Of a stretch of 64,000 nt of DNA, positions 28,461 through 38,404 are shown piece after piece (position 1 is the first letter of the stretch; each line of letters begins with the position of its first letter). Origin of the DNA: Candidatus Peregrinibacteria bacterium GW2011_GWC2_39_14 (GTDB lineage Bacteria > Patescibacteriota > Gracilibacteria > UBA1369 > UBA12463); assembly GCA_000993595.1 (NCBI GenBank), contig LBWJ01000008.1:10514-74513 (forward strand), written 5' to 3'. A program made the position numbers and the translations under genes. Under the pieces are notes generated by a model. The model did not search any database, was not told the DNA's origin, and saw nothing but the letters and a program-made list of their open reading frames with translations.

Positions 28461-29435
28461 ATGCTTCGTTATATAAAAAAGATTTTTTACGTAATTCCAA
28501 AAACACCAATGAAGGTGCAGCTTGAGATTACAAACGCTTGCAACCTTGCGTGTCCGATGTGTCCGAGAACAACGCTTAAAACAGGGGAGGCGCACATGGA
28601 TTATGATTTATATTTGCGAATCCTAAATAAACTCAAAGGCGTTCAAAGAATTTACCTCACAGGTTGGGGCGAGCCGCTTGTTTATCCGCAGATTTTTAAT
28701 GCAATAAAAGAGGCAAAAAAACGTGGTCATTTTGTAAGCATTACGACGAATGGCATTATTTTAAGTGAAGAAATTCAAAAAAAACTTATAAAAACCGGTA
28801 TTGATCAGGTTGTTTTTTCAGTCGATTCAATCACGGATTATAGCGGCGACGGTCACAGAAATTCCTCGTCTTTAAAAAACATTATTGATTTCACAAAACG
28901 CGCAAAAGAATCAGGAAATCCAGATATTTCGCTTCAAGCCTGCAACCAAAAAAACCGTGAAAATGATCTGTTTGATGTTATAAATTTTGCCGCCAGAAAT
29001 CGCATCAGAAATGTCGAAATTTTGCGTTTGGACACAAGATTTTTATCAAATCTCGCACGTCCAAATTTTAAAGAAGAAGAGAGTGCGCTCAAAAAAGCTT
29101 TTAAGCTCGGTCGCATTCTTGGCGTTGAGGTTAATAGCATCCAAAATTCAATCGGCTCGGGACTTCGTGGATTTTTATTTCGCAGATTCAAAAGGCAATT
29201 TCACGGGCTCAATACGCTCATGCAAAAGCCATGTTTAAAGGTTCAAGATTATCTTTATATAAATGTAAAAGGCCAGGGAACGCCTTGTTGTATGCTTCCG
29301 CATTTTAATATTGGCGATCTTGGCTCGGAAGACTTGCAAGCCGTTTGGCACAGCAAAAAATTTCAAGATTTCCGCAAAAAAGAATGGAAAAAGATTTGTG
29401 GAAAATGCGACATCATGAATTTGAAGCAGAAATAG
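28461..29435 (+). CDS. radical SAM protein with SPASM/twitch domain
   Basis: CNLACPMC, GWGEP, TTNG; C-terminal PC..PCC..CGKC. Confidence 0.9.
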   Translation: MLRYIKKIFYVIPKTPMKVQLEITNACNLACPMCPRTTLKTGEAHMDYDLYLRILNKLKGVQRIYLTGWGEPLVYPQIFNAIKEAKKRGHFVSITTNGIILSEEIQKKLIKTGIDQVVFSVDSITDYSGDGHRNSSSLKNIIDFTKRAKESGNPDISLQACNQKNRENDLFDVINFAARNRIRNVEILRLDTRFLSNLARPNFKEEESALKKAFKLGRILGVEVNSIQNSIGSGLRGFLFRRFKRQFHGLNTLMQKPCLKVQDYLYINVKGQGTPCCMLPHFNIGDLGSEDLQAVWHSKKFQDFRKKEWKKICGKCDIMNLKQK

Positions 29436-29487
29436 GGGGACGGAGTCGACATTGACAGATTGAATATAATCTGTTATTTTATTTCCT

Positions 29488-30267
29488 ATGGCAAATTTAT
29501 CACAACCCGGCAGCGCCTCGGATGATCTTGGCGATGAGGCAGAATCTATCAGTATTCACGATTTGGATTTGAGAATAGATGATGCGGTTATGCAGAAATT
29601 TAGAGCGATGGCGAGAGAAAATTCTGCAAATATAGCCGAATCAAATTTATATATAGAGCAAAGGCAAGCTTTTTGGGCTTCTTTGCCGGATGATGGAGTT
29701 GGTGAGGAGGTTTCGGTTGCACAGTATATCGAAATGAATCCGCATTTATTGAGAGCATATGATAACATGATTTCTTCGGTTCAAGTGCGCGCAAATGCAG
29801 GATTGCTATTTAGTCAAAAAGTTAGAAAAAATAGTACAAAAGAAGCGGAATTCATAGCTCAAGTGAGAAGAATATGCGAAGGCGGAGAATTCGTAGAAGT
29901 GTTTGTTATCATTGCGGTTTTAGACGATGGAGCTCAGATAAAGAAATTTGCATTTTCAGCTATCGATTGGGTGAAGGAAGAAGATATAAATTTAGCGGTA
30001 GTAGATCTTAAGAAGGAGTTAGGACAGAGAAAACCAATAAAGATGTTTTCATTACATAATCATCCGGATCAACTCGCGAAATCAAAGATAAAATCAGTAC
30101 ATCCGGGGCCGGAAATAGGATTTATATCAACAAATTCTCTTACAGTGGAAGATATAAATGAAGCTGACAGGATGCATCACGAGTTTTTCCCGGGAGTCCC
30201 ATTGTTGGAGATTGCAGTTAGCGAGAGCGGATTGACGTACGAATATGAGGTTTCGGTTCAGGATTAA
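29488..30267 (+). CDS. hypothetical protein with possible JAB/MPN-like HxH motif
   Basis: EVFV...SLHNHPD...SLTVED, followed by a helix and terminal beta strands. Confidence 0.55.
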   Translation: MANLSQPGSASDDLGDEAESISIHDLDLRIDDAVMQKFRAMARENSANIAESNLYIEQRQAFWASLPDDGVGEEVSVAQYIEMNPHLLRAYDNMISSVQVRANAGLLFSQKVRKNSTKEAEFIAQVRRICEGGEFVEVFVIIAVLDDGAQIKKFAFSAIDWVKEEDINLAVVDLKKELGQRKPIKMFSLHNHPDQLAKSKIKSVHPGPEIGFISTNSLTVEDINEADRMHHEFFPGVPLLEIAVSESGLTYEYEVSVQD

Positions 30268-30346
30268 TATATTTTGACCTTTGACTTATGACTTTTGAGT
30301 TATTTTGTGCTATACTTCCAACACGTATTCACCTAACAATAACAAT

Positions 30347-31024
30347 ATGCAAATCGCAAATTTACATTATACGGGAGCGAAGATTGCTCCAACGTTTTTT
30401 GGAAAAGTTATGTTCTATTTCGCGCTTGCGGTATTGATGTCCGCAGTTGGCGCATACATGGGATTTTTCTATTTTCTGCCGATGATCGTCGCGTCCCGCG
30501 GCTTAATTTATGGAATCTTCGCACTTGAGCTAATCCTCATTTTCACATCTCGAATGTGGATGCGCAAACGTCCGATAAATTACATTCTTTTTTCAGCATT
30601 TACGTTTATAACAGGCGTAACAATCGCGCCGCTTTTGGCTGTAACTATAGCGGAATTTGGAGGCATGTTTATCATTAAAGCGCTTGCCGCAACAGCGTTA
30701 ATGTTCACAGCATCAGCAATAATTGGTTATACCGCAAAAGTCGATTTCACAGGAATTCGCGGTTGGCTTTTTATGTTTCTTATCGGCATGATCGTGGTTT
30801 CTGTAATTGGAATTTTTGTTCCATGGAGTAATACATTTGAAATGGTGTTTTCCGGCTTTGGAGTGGCGCTTTTCAGCATTTATACGGCCGTTGATTTTCA
30901 GCTTATGCTCAAAAGAAATACGTCTCACGAATTCGCGATGGACGTGGCTTTAATGCTTTATCTGGACATTTTCAATCTTTTTATATATATTCTTCGCCTG
31001 ATGGGAAGCATCAGCAGGAATTGA
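30347..31024 (+). CDS. Bax inhibitor-1/YccA family membrane protein
   Basis: About 7 TM segments; F.GKV, YTAVDFQ, ALMLYLDIFNLFIYILRL. Confidence 0.93.
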   Translation: MQIANLHYTGAKIAPTFFGKVMFYFALAVLMSAVGAYMGFFYFLPMIVASRGLIYGIFALELILIFTSRMWMRKRPINYILFSAFTFITGVTIAPLLAVTIAEFGGMFIIKALAATALMFTASAIIGYTAKVDFTGIRGWLFMFLIGMIVVSVIGIFVPWSNTFEMVFSGFGVALFSIYTAVDFQLMLKRNTSHEFAMDVALMLYLDIFNLFIYILRLMGSISRN

Positions 31025-31040
31025 TTTAAAAAACAAATTT

Positions 31041-31643
31041 ATGCCTAAAAATAAATTTAAACTTAATATTGGCTCGATTTTAGAAGCCGAAGAGGGCGCT
31101 CATGTCGAATTTGATATTGATGCGCTGCTTAAATTGGATGAAAAAACTGAAATGCCAATAACGGCCGCAGTGCAAGTTATGAAACTTTCGCACGAGGTAA
31201 ACGTAACCGCAAAGAAATTTACTGCAGAAGCAAGCGTTGTTTGCTCACGATGCATAAAGAAATTTAAACAAAAAATTTCGATCAAGCTCATCGAAAGACA
31301 GTTCTTATTCGAACGACCACATGTTGTTGAAGATGCTGACGATTTATACCTCGTTGATATGAAAAATGCGACAATTGACATCGCCGAGCTGTTCCGACAA
31401 GAATTGCTATTGCATTTTCCGCTTATTCCGCTATGCTCTTTAAAGTGTAAGGGTCTATGTGCGGTATGCGGTAAGAATCTGAATCTTGGCGACTGCGGAC
31501 ATAATCACGACGTCGATATTTCATCTATCGAGACCCAAAAACCTTTACTCAAATTAAAAGAATTGTTTAAACAATCACAAAATGGCAAAACGACCGACAA
31601 ACAAACGAAAAGCTCCACGAAGCCAAACCAAAAAAAGATATAG
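31041..31643 (+). CDS. yceD: YceD/DUF177 family protein
   Basis: CSRC, LCSLKCKGLCAVCG.NLN..C; directly upstream of rpmF. Confidence 0.9.
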   Translation: MPKNKFKLNIGSILEAEEGAHVEFDIDALLKLDEKTEMPITAAVQVMKLSHEVNVTAKKFTAEASVVCSRCIKKFKQKISIKLIERQFLFERPHVVEDADDLYLVDMKNATIDIAELFRQELLLHFPLIPLCSLKCKGLCAVCGKNLNLGDCGHNHDVDISSIETQKPLLKLKELFKQSQNGKTTDKQTKSSTKPNQKKI

Positions 31644-31815
31644 TGGTTTCAAGAAGAGAGCACAAAAACAGCTTGTTGAAAAATACTCGCTCGCAAAATG
31701 CAAAAACTGCGGCGAAGTAAAGCTGAATCATCACATCTGCCCAGTCTGCGGAAGCTACGCTGATAGAAAACCGCTAGATAAAGGCAAAGACGTGATAAAG
31801 AAAATCAAAGCTTAA
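31582..31815 (+). CDS. rpmF: 50S ribosomal protein L32
   Basis: Basic N-terminus, CKNCG..HHICPVCGSY zinc ribbon; yceD-rpmF synteny. Confidence 0.92.
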   Translation: MAKRPTNKRKAPRSQTKKRYSGFKKRAQKQLVEKYSLAKCKNCGEVKLNHHICPVCGSYADRKPLDKGKDVIKKIKA

Positions 31816-31897
31816 TTGAAAATTGTAAATTCATTGTGAATTGAGTTTTGAATCTTGATAATTGAATGTAAATTGAAGCTTGTAAATTGTAAATTAA
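31814..31897 (+). repeat. degenerate heptamer repeat
   Basis: aattgaaaattgtaaatt...aattgaatgtaaattgaagcttgtaaattgtaaatt. Confidence 0.75.
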
Positions 31898-31903
31898 CTC
31901 CGT

Positions 31904-32350
31904 ATGGCTTTTAAAAGACGCGCAAGCAGAATTGTTGCTATGAAAGCACTTTTCGCATACGAACATCACAAGGAAAAAGTTGATAAAATTTTTGACTTTA
32001 TTTTAACGGATGGCGACTTGAAACTTGATGATCCGGAATTTGCAAAAGGCTTAATAAAAGGCACGATCAAGCATCAAAAAGACATTTTAGCGAAAATTCA
32101 AGAAATGGCGCCTGCTTGGCCTGTTGAGAAAATTGCTCCTGTGGATCGCGCGATTCTTGAAATCGGCGCATTTGAAATTCTTTTTTCAGAAGACGTTCCT
32201 CCTGTTGTTGCAATAAATGAGGCGATCGAAATTGCAAAAGAATTCGGCGATTTAAATTCCGCAAAATTTATAAATGGTGTTTTGAGTAGTATAATGACAA
32301 AGCATTGCACATATCGCGACCCAAAAACGGGCGAATATCTTAAAAAATGA
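31904..32350 (+). CDS. nusB: transcription antitermination factor NusB
   Basis: RRASR..AMKALF, VDRAIL, VAINEAIEIAKEFG, FINGVL. Confidence 0.96.
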   Translation: MAFKRRASRIVAMKALFAYEHHKEKVDKIFDFILTDGDLKLDDPEFAKGLIKGTIKHQKDILAKIQEMAPAWPVEKIAPVDRAILEIGAFEILFSEDVPPVVAINEAIEIAKEFGDLNSAKFINGVLSSIMTKHCTYRDPKTGEYLKK

Positions 32351-33063
32351 CAAAATCCAAAGGGCAAATGACAATCGACAAATTTGCAGAGCTTCAAAAA
32401 ATAATTAACGTAAAATTTAGAGATCCGGAACTTCTGGAAACAGTTTTTAGGCACAGATCATACGTGAACGAACACAAGCGCGATGGCGGATCAAATGAAC
32501 GCCTCGAATTTCTTGGTGATGCGGTTCTTGAGCTTGTTGTAACGGAATTTTTATACAAATCTTATCCAAAAGAGAATGAAGGCACGCTCACGGATTGGCG
32601 TTCCGCTCTCGTGAAAGGTCCGCACTTGGCAGACATCGCAATTGAACTTCAACTTGGAAAATATTTATATTTGAGCAAAGGCGAATTAATGTCTAAAGGT
32701 CGCGAAAAACCTTATATTCTTGCGAATACGGTTGAGGCTTTAATCGGTGCAATTTACATTGATAAAGGTTACAAAGTTGCGCACGGATTTATTGGAAAAT
32801 TCATTCTCGATCGTCTTCCTCCAATCATTGAGCAAGGGCTTCACATAGACCCAAAATCACGTCTTCAAGAAATCACTCAGGAGAAAATGCTTGGTATGCC
32901 GGTTTATAAAGTGATGAAAGAGGAAGGTCCGGATCATGCCAAAAGTTTTATTGTTGGTGTTTACGTTAAAGACGAACTATGCGGCGAAGGCTCAGGCTCC
33001 AGCAAGCAAAAAGCTGAGCAGGAAGCTGCAAAAAAGGGACTGAAGAAAAAAGGGTGGAAGTGA
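32347..33063 (+). CDS. rnc: ribonuclease III
   Basis: HRSY, NERLEFLGDAVL, EALIGAIYID, dsRBD DPKSRLQE..GPDH..SKQKAEQEAA. Confidence 0.97.
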   Translation: MTKSKGQMTIDKFAELQKIINVKFRDPELLETVFRHRSYVNEHKRDGGSNERLEFLGDAVLELVVTEFLYKSYPKENEGTLTDWRSALVKGPHLADIAIELQLGKYLYLSKGELMSKGREKPYILANTVEALIGAIYIDKGYKVAHGFIGKFILDRLPPIIEQGLHIDPKSRLQEITQEKMLGMPVYKVMKEEGPDHAKSFIVGVYVKDELCGEGSGSSKQKAEQEAAKKGLKKKGWK

Positions 33064-33103
33064 AATCGCGCTAAATAATACAAATATCATTTAACTTTTT
33101 AAT

Positions 33104-33580
33104 ATGGATTATCGAAAAAATGCTCCTTTGATTGCAGCAATTGCAATTCCGATTTTGATGATTATTTTTGTAGCGGTGGCAATTTATGTGCCGGGTTTAT
33201 TTAAGCATCCGACATACAGCTTTTTGTACGCTGAAGGTTATACAAGCGGAATATATGAAGTTAAAAATGGCACAATTGCAAAAGTTGAATACGATGAAAG
33301 AACGCAAAATTATTATAAAAACAGAGAAGAGGTAAAGTTATATTTATATGATGTTGCAAAGGATCAAGCGCGTGAAATAAGTCTCGAAGATGCGGCAAAA
33401 TTAAGTTTAGATACAAGCAGAATCGCTTTGGATGGCTTCACAATTGCGCAAGGCAGGCGCACAAGCCTGTTTGATTCAAACGATGGCAGAAATTTATTTG
33501 CGATTAACGGGAGCGTAAGTAAAGAGTTAAACGTAGGAATAAGAAATTATTCATTTACATTTTTAGGCTGGATAAAATAA
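33104..33580 (+). CDS. hypothetical membrane-anchored protein (CPR-type)
   Basis: N-terminal TM; ends FLGWIK. Confidence 0.7.
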   Translation: MDYRKNAPLIAAIAIPILMIIFVAVAIYVPGLFKHPTYSFLYAEGYTSGIYEVKNGTIAKVEYDERTQNYYKNREEVKLYLYDVAKDQAREISLEDAAKLSLDTSRIALDGFTIAQGRRTSLFDSNDGRNLFAINGSVSKELNVGIRNYSFTFLGWIK

Positions 33581-33591
33581 CAAATTAATAT

Positions 33592-34578
33592 ATGGAGAAA
33601 AATGAATTGTTAAAGGCGATCAAATATATAGCTTCGCAGAATTTGGTTTCCAAAGACGAGCTTATTTCGGCTTATGATGAAGGAATTGCAGGACGTAAAT
33701 CAGAAAAAACCAGTTTTGATATTTCAAAAATTTTATATTTTATAGGAGGCGGAATAATTATTTTGGGCATAGTGATTTTGATTTTCACAAACTGGGATAA
33801 GATGAACGATTTTGGAAAAATTCTTGCAAGTCTTGGTTCGGCAATTGCGGCATATGTTCTTGGAGCCATTTTATCAAGATACGAAAAAATCATTTACGCG
33901 GCGGGTCAGGCATTCTTTTTTATCTCCGCAATTCTTATGCCAATCGGTTTTTATGTGACTTTAGATATTGCGGGACTTGACGTTGATGCAGCGGGCGTGA
34001 ATGCATTTGTTTCAGCTTCTTTGGTATTGATATACGCGATTTCTTATTTTGTTTACAAAACATATCTTTTCAATATTTTGGCGATCGCATTTTCTTCATG
34101 GTTTTATTTCAGCTTAACAAGCTTAATCGCAGGCAATAATCCGATTCTTGACGCCGAAAAATTCTTTGAATATAGAACCTTAGTTTTGGGTTTTTCGTTT
34201 CTTTTTCTTGGCTATTATTACTCAAAAATCGATAAAAAAGTTTTTTCAAATATGTTATATGCATTTGGCATGTGTGGCGTTTTCATTACAGCTTTGATTC
34301 TTGGAGGATATAAGCCCGATCAAAATATGTTTTGGGAAATAATTTATCCGGGATTGGTTTTTGCGGCAATATTTATAAGCGTTTATTTAAAAAACAAAAT
34401 TTTCCTTTTTGGGGGATCAATATTTTTAATAGCATATATCATAAAAATTACAAGTGAGTACTTCAGCCACGGCTTTGGTTGGGCATTTTCATTAGTAATC
34501 GCAGGACTGGCCTTGATGGGAGTCGGGTATTTGACTTATTATTTGCATCAAAAATACTTGGGGTCGTCGGAGCTTTAG
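33592..34578 (+). CDS. DUF2157-like multi-pass membrane protein
   Basis: ILYFIGG..I.LG....IFTNW; many TM segments. Confidence 0.75.
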   Translation: MEKNELLKAIKYIASQNLVSKDELISAYDEGIAGRKSEKTSFDISKILYFIGGGIIILGIVILIFTNWDKMNDFGKILASLGSAIAAYVLGAILSRYEKIIYAAGQAFFFISAILMPIGFYVTLDIAGLDVDAAGVNAFVSASLVLIYAISYFVYKTYLFNILAIAFSSWFYFSLTSLIAGNNPILDAEKFFEYRTLVLGFSFLFLGYYYSKIDKKVFSNMLYAFGMCGVFITALILGGYKPDQNMFWEIIYPGLVFAAIFISVYLKNKIFLFGGSIFLIAYIIKITSEYFSHGFGWAFSLVIAGLALMGVGYLTYYLHQKYLGSSEL

Positions 34579-34583
34579 ATCGT

Positions 34584-35258
34584 CTAATTCCGATTCCTGA
34601 CTTTTGGATTTTTAAGTTCTCTTAAAGCATCGCCGGCGATCCATTTTGCGGCTTTGTTGTCGATTTTTAATATTTCTTCCGCAACTAAAATTGCTTGTTT
34701 TCGAAGCTCCGCATTTCTTTTCCCAATTTGGCGGAGTGCCCAATTAACCGCTTTCCTAACATAATTTCTTTCATCTTTGCATTCCCGCTTTATAATCGGA
34801 AAAAACGCCGCCATTTTTTTATCAGATGCCTTTTTATCATGCACAGCCAAAACCGCCATCAAAGCAAAACTCGTTCTTTTTATAAATTCCTCTTCGTGCC
34901 CGCTCAATTTCACAACCATTTCATATGCAAACGGAACTTTATCAAACAGATTTGTGCAACATTGATCGCAAACGTCCCACGAGTCAAAATCGCTTGCCCA
35001 AGCCAAAAACTGCTTCTCGGTTACAAGTTCAAATTCATCAATCATAGGCGCCAAAATTCGAGCCTCATGAATTCCACTTTTCCAAAGTTCAAGTGCCAGC
35101 TTGTGATTGCGACCAATCTTTTTCGCCATTTTTCGAATCGTCGGAATATTCGGCCCGCCAAGAACGTATTTGCCCGTAATTCCAAACCGCGCCATGCCTG
35201 CAACATTTGCAAGATTTGCATAAGATTTGAGCTCGGTGATGATAGAAGCGAAGTCCAT
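34584..35258 (-). CDS. DNA alkylation repair protein (AlkD-like HEAT-repeat)
   Basis: LW..G.HEAR, DSWDVCD, DERNYVRKAVNWALRQIGKRN. Confidence 0.9.
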   Translation of the reverse strand: MDFASIITELKSYANLANVAGMARFGITGKYVLGGPNIPTIRKMAKKIGRNHKLALELWKSGIHEARILAPMIDEFELVTEKQFLAWASDFDSWDVCDQCCTNLFDKVPFAYEMVVKLSGHEEEFIKRTSFALMAVLAVHDKKASDKKMAAFFPIIKRECKDERNYVRKAVNWALRQIGKRNAELRKQAILVAEEILKIDNKAAKWIAGDALRELKNPKVRNRN

Positions 35259-35260
35259 AT

Positions 35261-35536
35261 TTAAGATTCTTTAGATTTTTTTAAAATATTTAGCGTAGCT
35301 TGTACGGATGGATTCTCGGTATTTAAAAATAAAACTTTTTTACCGTAAATTCTAACAAGTGGAGTTATAAATTCATCGGCCCATGCAGGGGCCAACACAG
35401 ATATTTTTTCAAAATCCAATTCGATCGTTTCGCTTTTGACAATATTAACCAGATTTGATTTAAAAGCCAAAAAAGCTTCTTTTCCGGACGGCCTTGAAAT
35501 AAGCGTTGTGCCAAATTTACTTATATCTATTTTCAT
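35261..35536 (-). CDS. STAS-like DUF4325 protein
   Basis: KFGTTLISRPSGKEAF, LDFEKI, WADEF; start at ATG 35536. Confidence 0.75.
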   Translation of the reverse strand: MKIDISKFGTTLISRPSGKEAFLAFKSNLVNIVKSETIELDFEKISVLAPAWADEFITPLVRIYGKKVLFLNTENPSVQATLNILKKSKES

Positions 35537-35546
35537 ATTTTTGATT

Positions 35547-35705
35547 TTATGCATCTCCAAGGCGCCTAATAGTTTCTCCGTATTCTGCAAAAGCCCTGTC
35601 TACAAGTTTACTTATCATCTTTTTTTCATATTCGCTTATATCGTCTTGAGGAGATGATGTGACGATTTTACTTGGCGCAATATAGTTTTTACTGACTTTT
35701 TTCAT
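35547..35705 (-). CDS. small protein (52 aa), not in the ORF track
   Basis: MKKVSKNYIAPSKIVTSSPQDDISEYEKKMISKLVDRAFAEYGETIRRLGDA*; TGnTAGAAT lies 6 nt before the ATG. Confidence 0.6.
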   Translation of the reverse strand: MKKVSKNYIAPSKIVTSSPQDDISEYEKKMISKLVDRAFAEYGETIRRLGDA

Positions 35706-35842
35706 GCTTATATTCTAACAAATTCTTAGAGAAAAGTTAACAAATTTCTGACGAAGGGGCTTCACCGCCCTGTCCCCGTACTTGCCCTGTACAAATTTTC
35801 ATCTTTATAGTATAATATAAACAGTATTTAACAATATTAAAT

Positions 35843-36565
35843 ATGGACCCAGAAGCACGCGGTCAATCACCGGATCGAATGGCGGAATATTTATCTCGCA
35901 TTATTGAAAGGCTTTTACCTGAGGTTGATAGCCAAAAAGAGCCAAGACGAATTTTTGCGGATTTAATTGAATCGGGAGAATTTCCGGAGATTTTTTCAGA
36001 TGTGACTTTTCAAATAATTATATCAAAATTCATCGATAGCGTTAATAACATGAGAGTAAGGATGAAAAATATACAGGGAGTAGAGGGAAAAACGATAGTG
36101 ATAGAATCGGAGCTGGGGCAATTTATTACGAACAATAGAGGGATATTCATGGTTCAGAAAGCGCTTATGAGTGGCGATTTGCTTGCTGATGAAGTTCTTA
36201 CTGTTATCGCGGCAATTGGTATGCTTCCTAGGGCTCATACATTTAAAGGATGGGAAAAAGACTCTGCTCATTTGAGAGTTGTGCATGGAGTAGCCTCAGC
36301 TTTAAGCACAGGCAAATTATTTAATGGTCCATCGGAAACACGTGGTAGGCGTAATGTCGCTGATGTGTTAACGAAATTAGGGGAAGAACCTGTTATGCGG
36401 CTTCAAGATCGGATTAGAGCTGCGGAAGGAATTGCTGCCCCAGGAACCGATTCGCCAATGCCTACAAGGGAAATTGAAGACGAGGTTAGAGCTGCACTTT
36501 TTGGCATATTACCTGCGGAACAACCGAAAGCGCTTGGAGCCGATGACGAAAAAGGCGCAAAATAA
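35843..36565 (+). CDS. hypothetical protein (orphan)
   Basis: 240-aa ORF; upstream TATAAT at ~35811. Confidence 0.7.
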   Translation: MDPEARGQSPDRMAEYLSRIIERLLPEVDSQKEPRRIFADLIESGEFPEIFSDVTFQIIISKFIDSVNNMRVRMKNIQGVEGKTIVIESELGQFITNNRGIFMVQKALMSGDLLADEVLTVIAAIGMLPRAHTFKGWEKDSAHLRVVHGVASALSTGKLFNGPSETRGRRNVADVLTKLGEEPVMRLQDRIRAAEGIAAPGTDSPMPTREIEDEVRAALFGILPAEQPKALGADDEKGAK

Positions 36566-36601
36566 TTTTACAAATTACAAAATTTAATTTATACAAGGTA
36601 C

Positions 36602-37501
36602 ATGGCAGAATTAGATTTAAAATCAGTATCAGAACGTCCGCAATTTGAAGACGCAAAACGCCGAGCGGCGTTAAAAGAGGGAGATCGATTCTTTTTCTTC
36701 AAAGAGGGAAAGAAACCGGGAGAAGGTGGAGAAATTTTGAAAGGCAGTGTCCGTGAAAGTGGATTAAGTCCTTTTTGCAATTTATCTTATGGAGGAGGTA
36801 TGTCCGGTGATTATGGCGGTTATTTAAAGCCGGGAACGATTTGGGGCTTAACAGAGGAAGAGGTTAAAGCGAAATTGGCTGAAAAGCGCGTAAGCGAACA
36901 AGGTGTAGTAGCTCCGTCAGAATCTTCAGAGCTTGTGGTTCCGGCCGAAACTTCAGGAGCAATAACTGCAATATCAGTCGAAAAAAGACTAGACATACAA
37001 AAGACGACAGGTGCCGCGATTATTTTGAACGATAAAGGCGGCATAGATTTGAGAGGTGACATTGCGGCCACGGCTATGGATTTAACAATCAGAATTGCGC
37101 ATCCAATCAGCGCTTTCGGGGCTGAAAGGGCGGAAGATCTTGCGAAAGAGGGTTTTATAGACCCAATCCTTTATCGCGCATTAAAACCGGAATTTGATAA
37201 GCTTTTTGATAGTATAAAAAAGATGCTTGCAGCATTGGAGGGGATGAGTGGACTTCCTGAGCCGGCACTCAATGGCATGAGGCAAGCGCTGTACATGACA
37301 GCGAACGCTTTAACTTTAAAATTTCTTCAAGATAATGCCGAATTAATCGAATTCACGCAGCTTGCAACGGTCACGAATGGTGATCACGCGGCTCGTGCAT
37401 TAGAGGCAATTTTTGACGGTATTGATGGTGAGGGTCAAGCACATTTTAGAGATCTTCCACCTTCAGTTCAAAGATTCATAAGGAGATTTAGCGAGCGATA
37501 A
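36602..37501 (+). CDS. hypothetical protein (orphan)
   Basis: 299-aa ORF, no recognisable motif. Confidence 0.7.
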   Translation: MAELDLKSVSERPQFEDAKRRAALKEGDRFFFFKEGKKPGEGGEILKGSVRESGLSPFCNLSYGGGMSGDYGGYLKPGTIWGLTEEEVKAKLAEKRVSEQGVVAPSESSELVVPAETSGAITAISVEKRLDIQKTTGAAIILNDKGGIDLRGDIAATAMDLTIRIAHPISAFGAERAEDLAKEGFIDPILYRALKPEFDKLFDSIKKMLAALEGMSGLPEPALNGMRQALYMTANALTLKFLQDNAELIEFTQLATVTNGDHAARALEAIFDGIDGEGQAHFRDLPPSVQRFIRRFSER

Positions 37502-37505
37502 TTCT

Positions 37506-37557
37506 CTACTTATATTTTATTTTCATCGCCAAAACCGAAAGCGCGAACGCGGAACCA
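37506..37557 (-). repeat. 52-bp direct repeat: detached copy of the SemiSWEET 3' end
   Basis: 48/52 identical to 39269-39320; encodes the same GSAFALSVLAMKIKYK*. Confidence 0.9.
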
Positions 37558-37647
37558 CGGCGAGGGTAAGGCGCTATTTAGGTGAAATCAGTTGTAATGC
37601 TGAAATTTTTTACGTAAAATGTCTTTGCATTTTATCGCAAGCAATAT

Positions 37648-38373
37648 ATGGATAAAAAAACACCTAAACAAGTTGAAAAAGATTTAAAGAGCTTATTCGA
37701 AAAATATAATGTTCAAGAAAAAGTTAGCGTCGATGACATTAAAAATTGGATTTGGAACGCTACGGGATCCGCAATGACGGCTTCAAATAAGTATAATAAA
37801 AAATGTCTCAATTTATTTTCGCCAATCGACGATATCGACGAACTCAATGATGTCATGCAGGTATTCGTAGATGCATGGAACTTTTTTCCGCACAAAGCTC
37901 TTAAGGGGAAATCACCACATGAAGCATATCTCGAGATATACGGTGAGAGAGCGGGAGAGCAACCTCGAGACATGAAAGATAGAGCGGAAAGGCCAAAGGT
38001 GATGGTCGGAGGACATGAAATGGAATTGGACGAATTCCATGCAATGATAAAAGAAATGGAAAAAGCACAAAAACCATTCAAGGAGTGGATTGAGAAAGAC
38101 GCTCTTCCGAAATATCAAAAATATCTGGAGCAAATCGTGAAAACGGAAAAAGCCTGTGAAGAGCATTACAGTGTTGCCGATTTATTTTTTCAAAGGGCAT
38201 TGCATCTTGGTTTTATTGATTTAAAGTCTATTCGCCAGGATTTTATTCAAAAAGAATTTCCTCATTGGTGGCCGACACACGTGATGTATTCAAATCTAAA
38301 GCCGGCAGGCGTTAAAAAATCACTGAGTTTATTTTTTGAATTTATTGAATTAGTCTATGGGGTTAAAAACTGA
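37648..38373 (+). CDS. hypothetical protein
   Basis: 241 aa; DAWNFFPHKALKGKSP motif; C-terminal helical domain. Confidence 0.75.
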   Translation: MDKKTPKQVEKDLKSLFEKYNVQEKVSVDDIKNWIWNATGSAMTASNKYNKKCLNLFSPIDDIDELNDVMQVFVDAWNFFPHKALKGKSPHEAYLEIYGERAGEQPRDMKDRAERPKVMVGGHEMELDEFHAMIKEMEKAQKPFKEWIEKDALPKYQKYLEQIVKTEKACEEHYSVADLFFQRALHLGFIDLKSIRQDFIQKEFPHWWPTHVMYSNLKPAGVKKSLSLFFEFIELVYGVKN

Positions 38374-38404
38374 TTTATTATTCTAATCTTTAACTTCTAA
38401 AATT

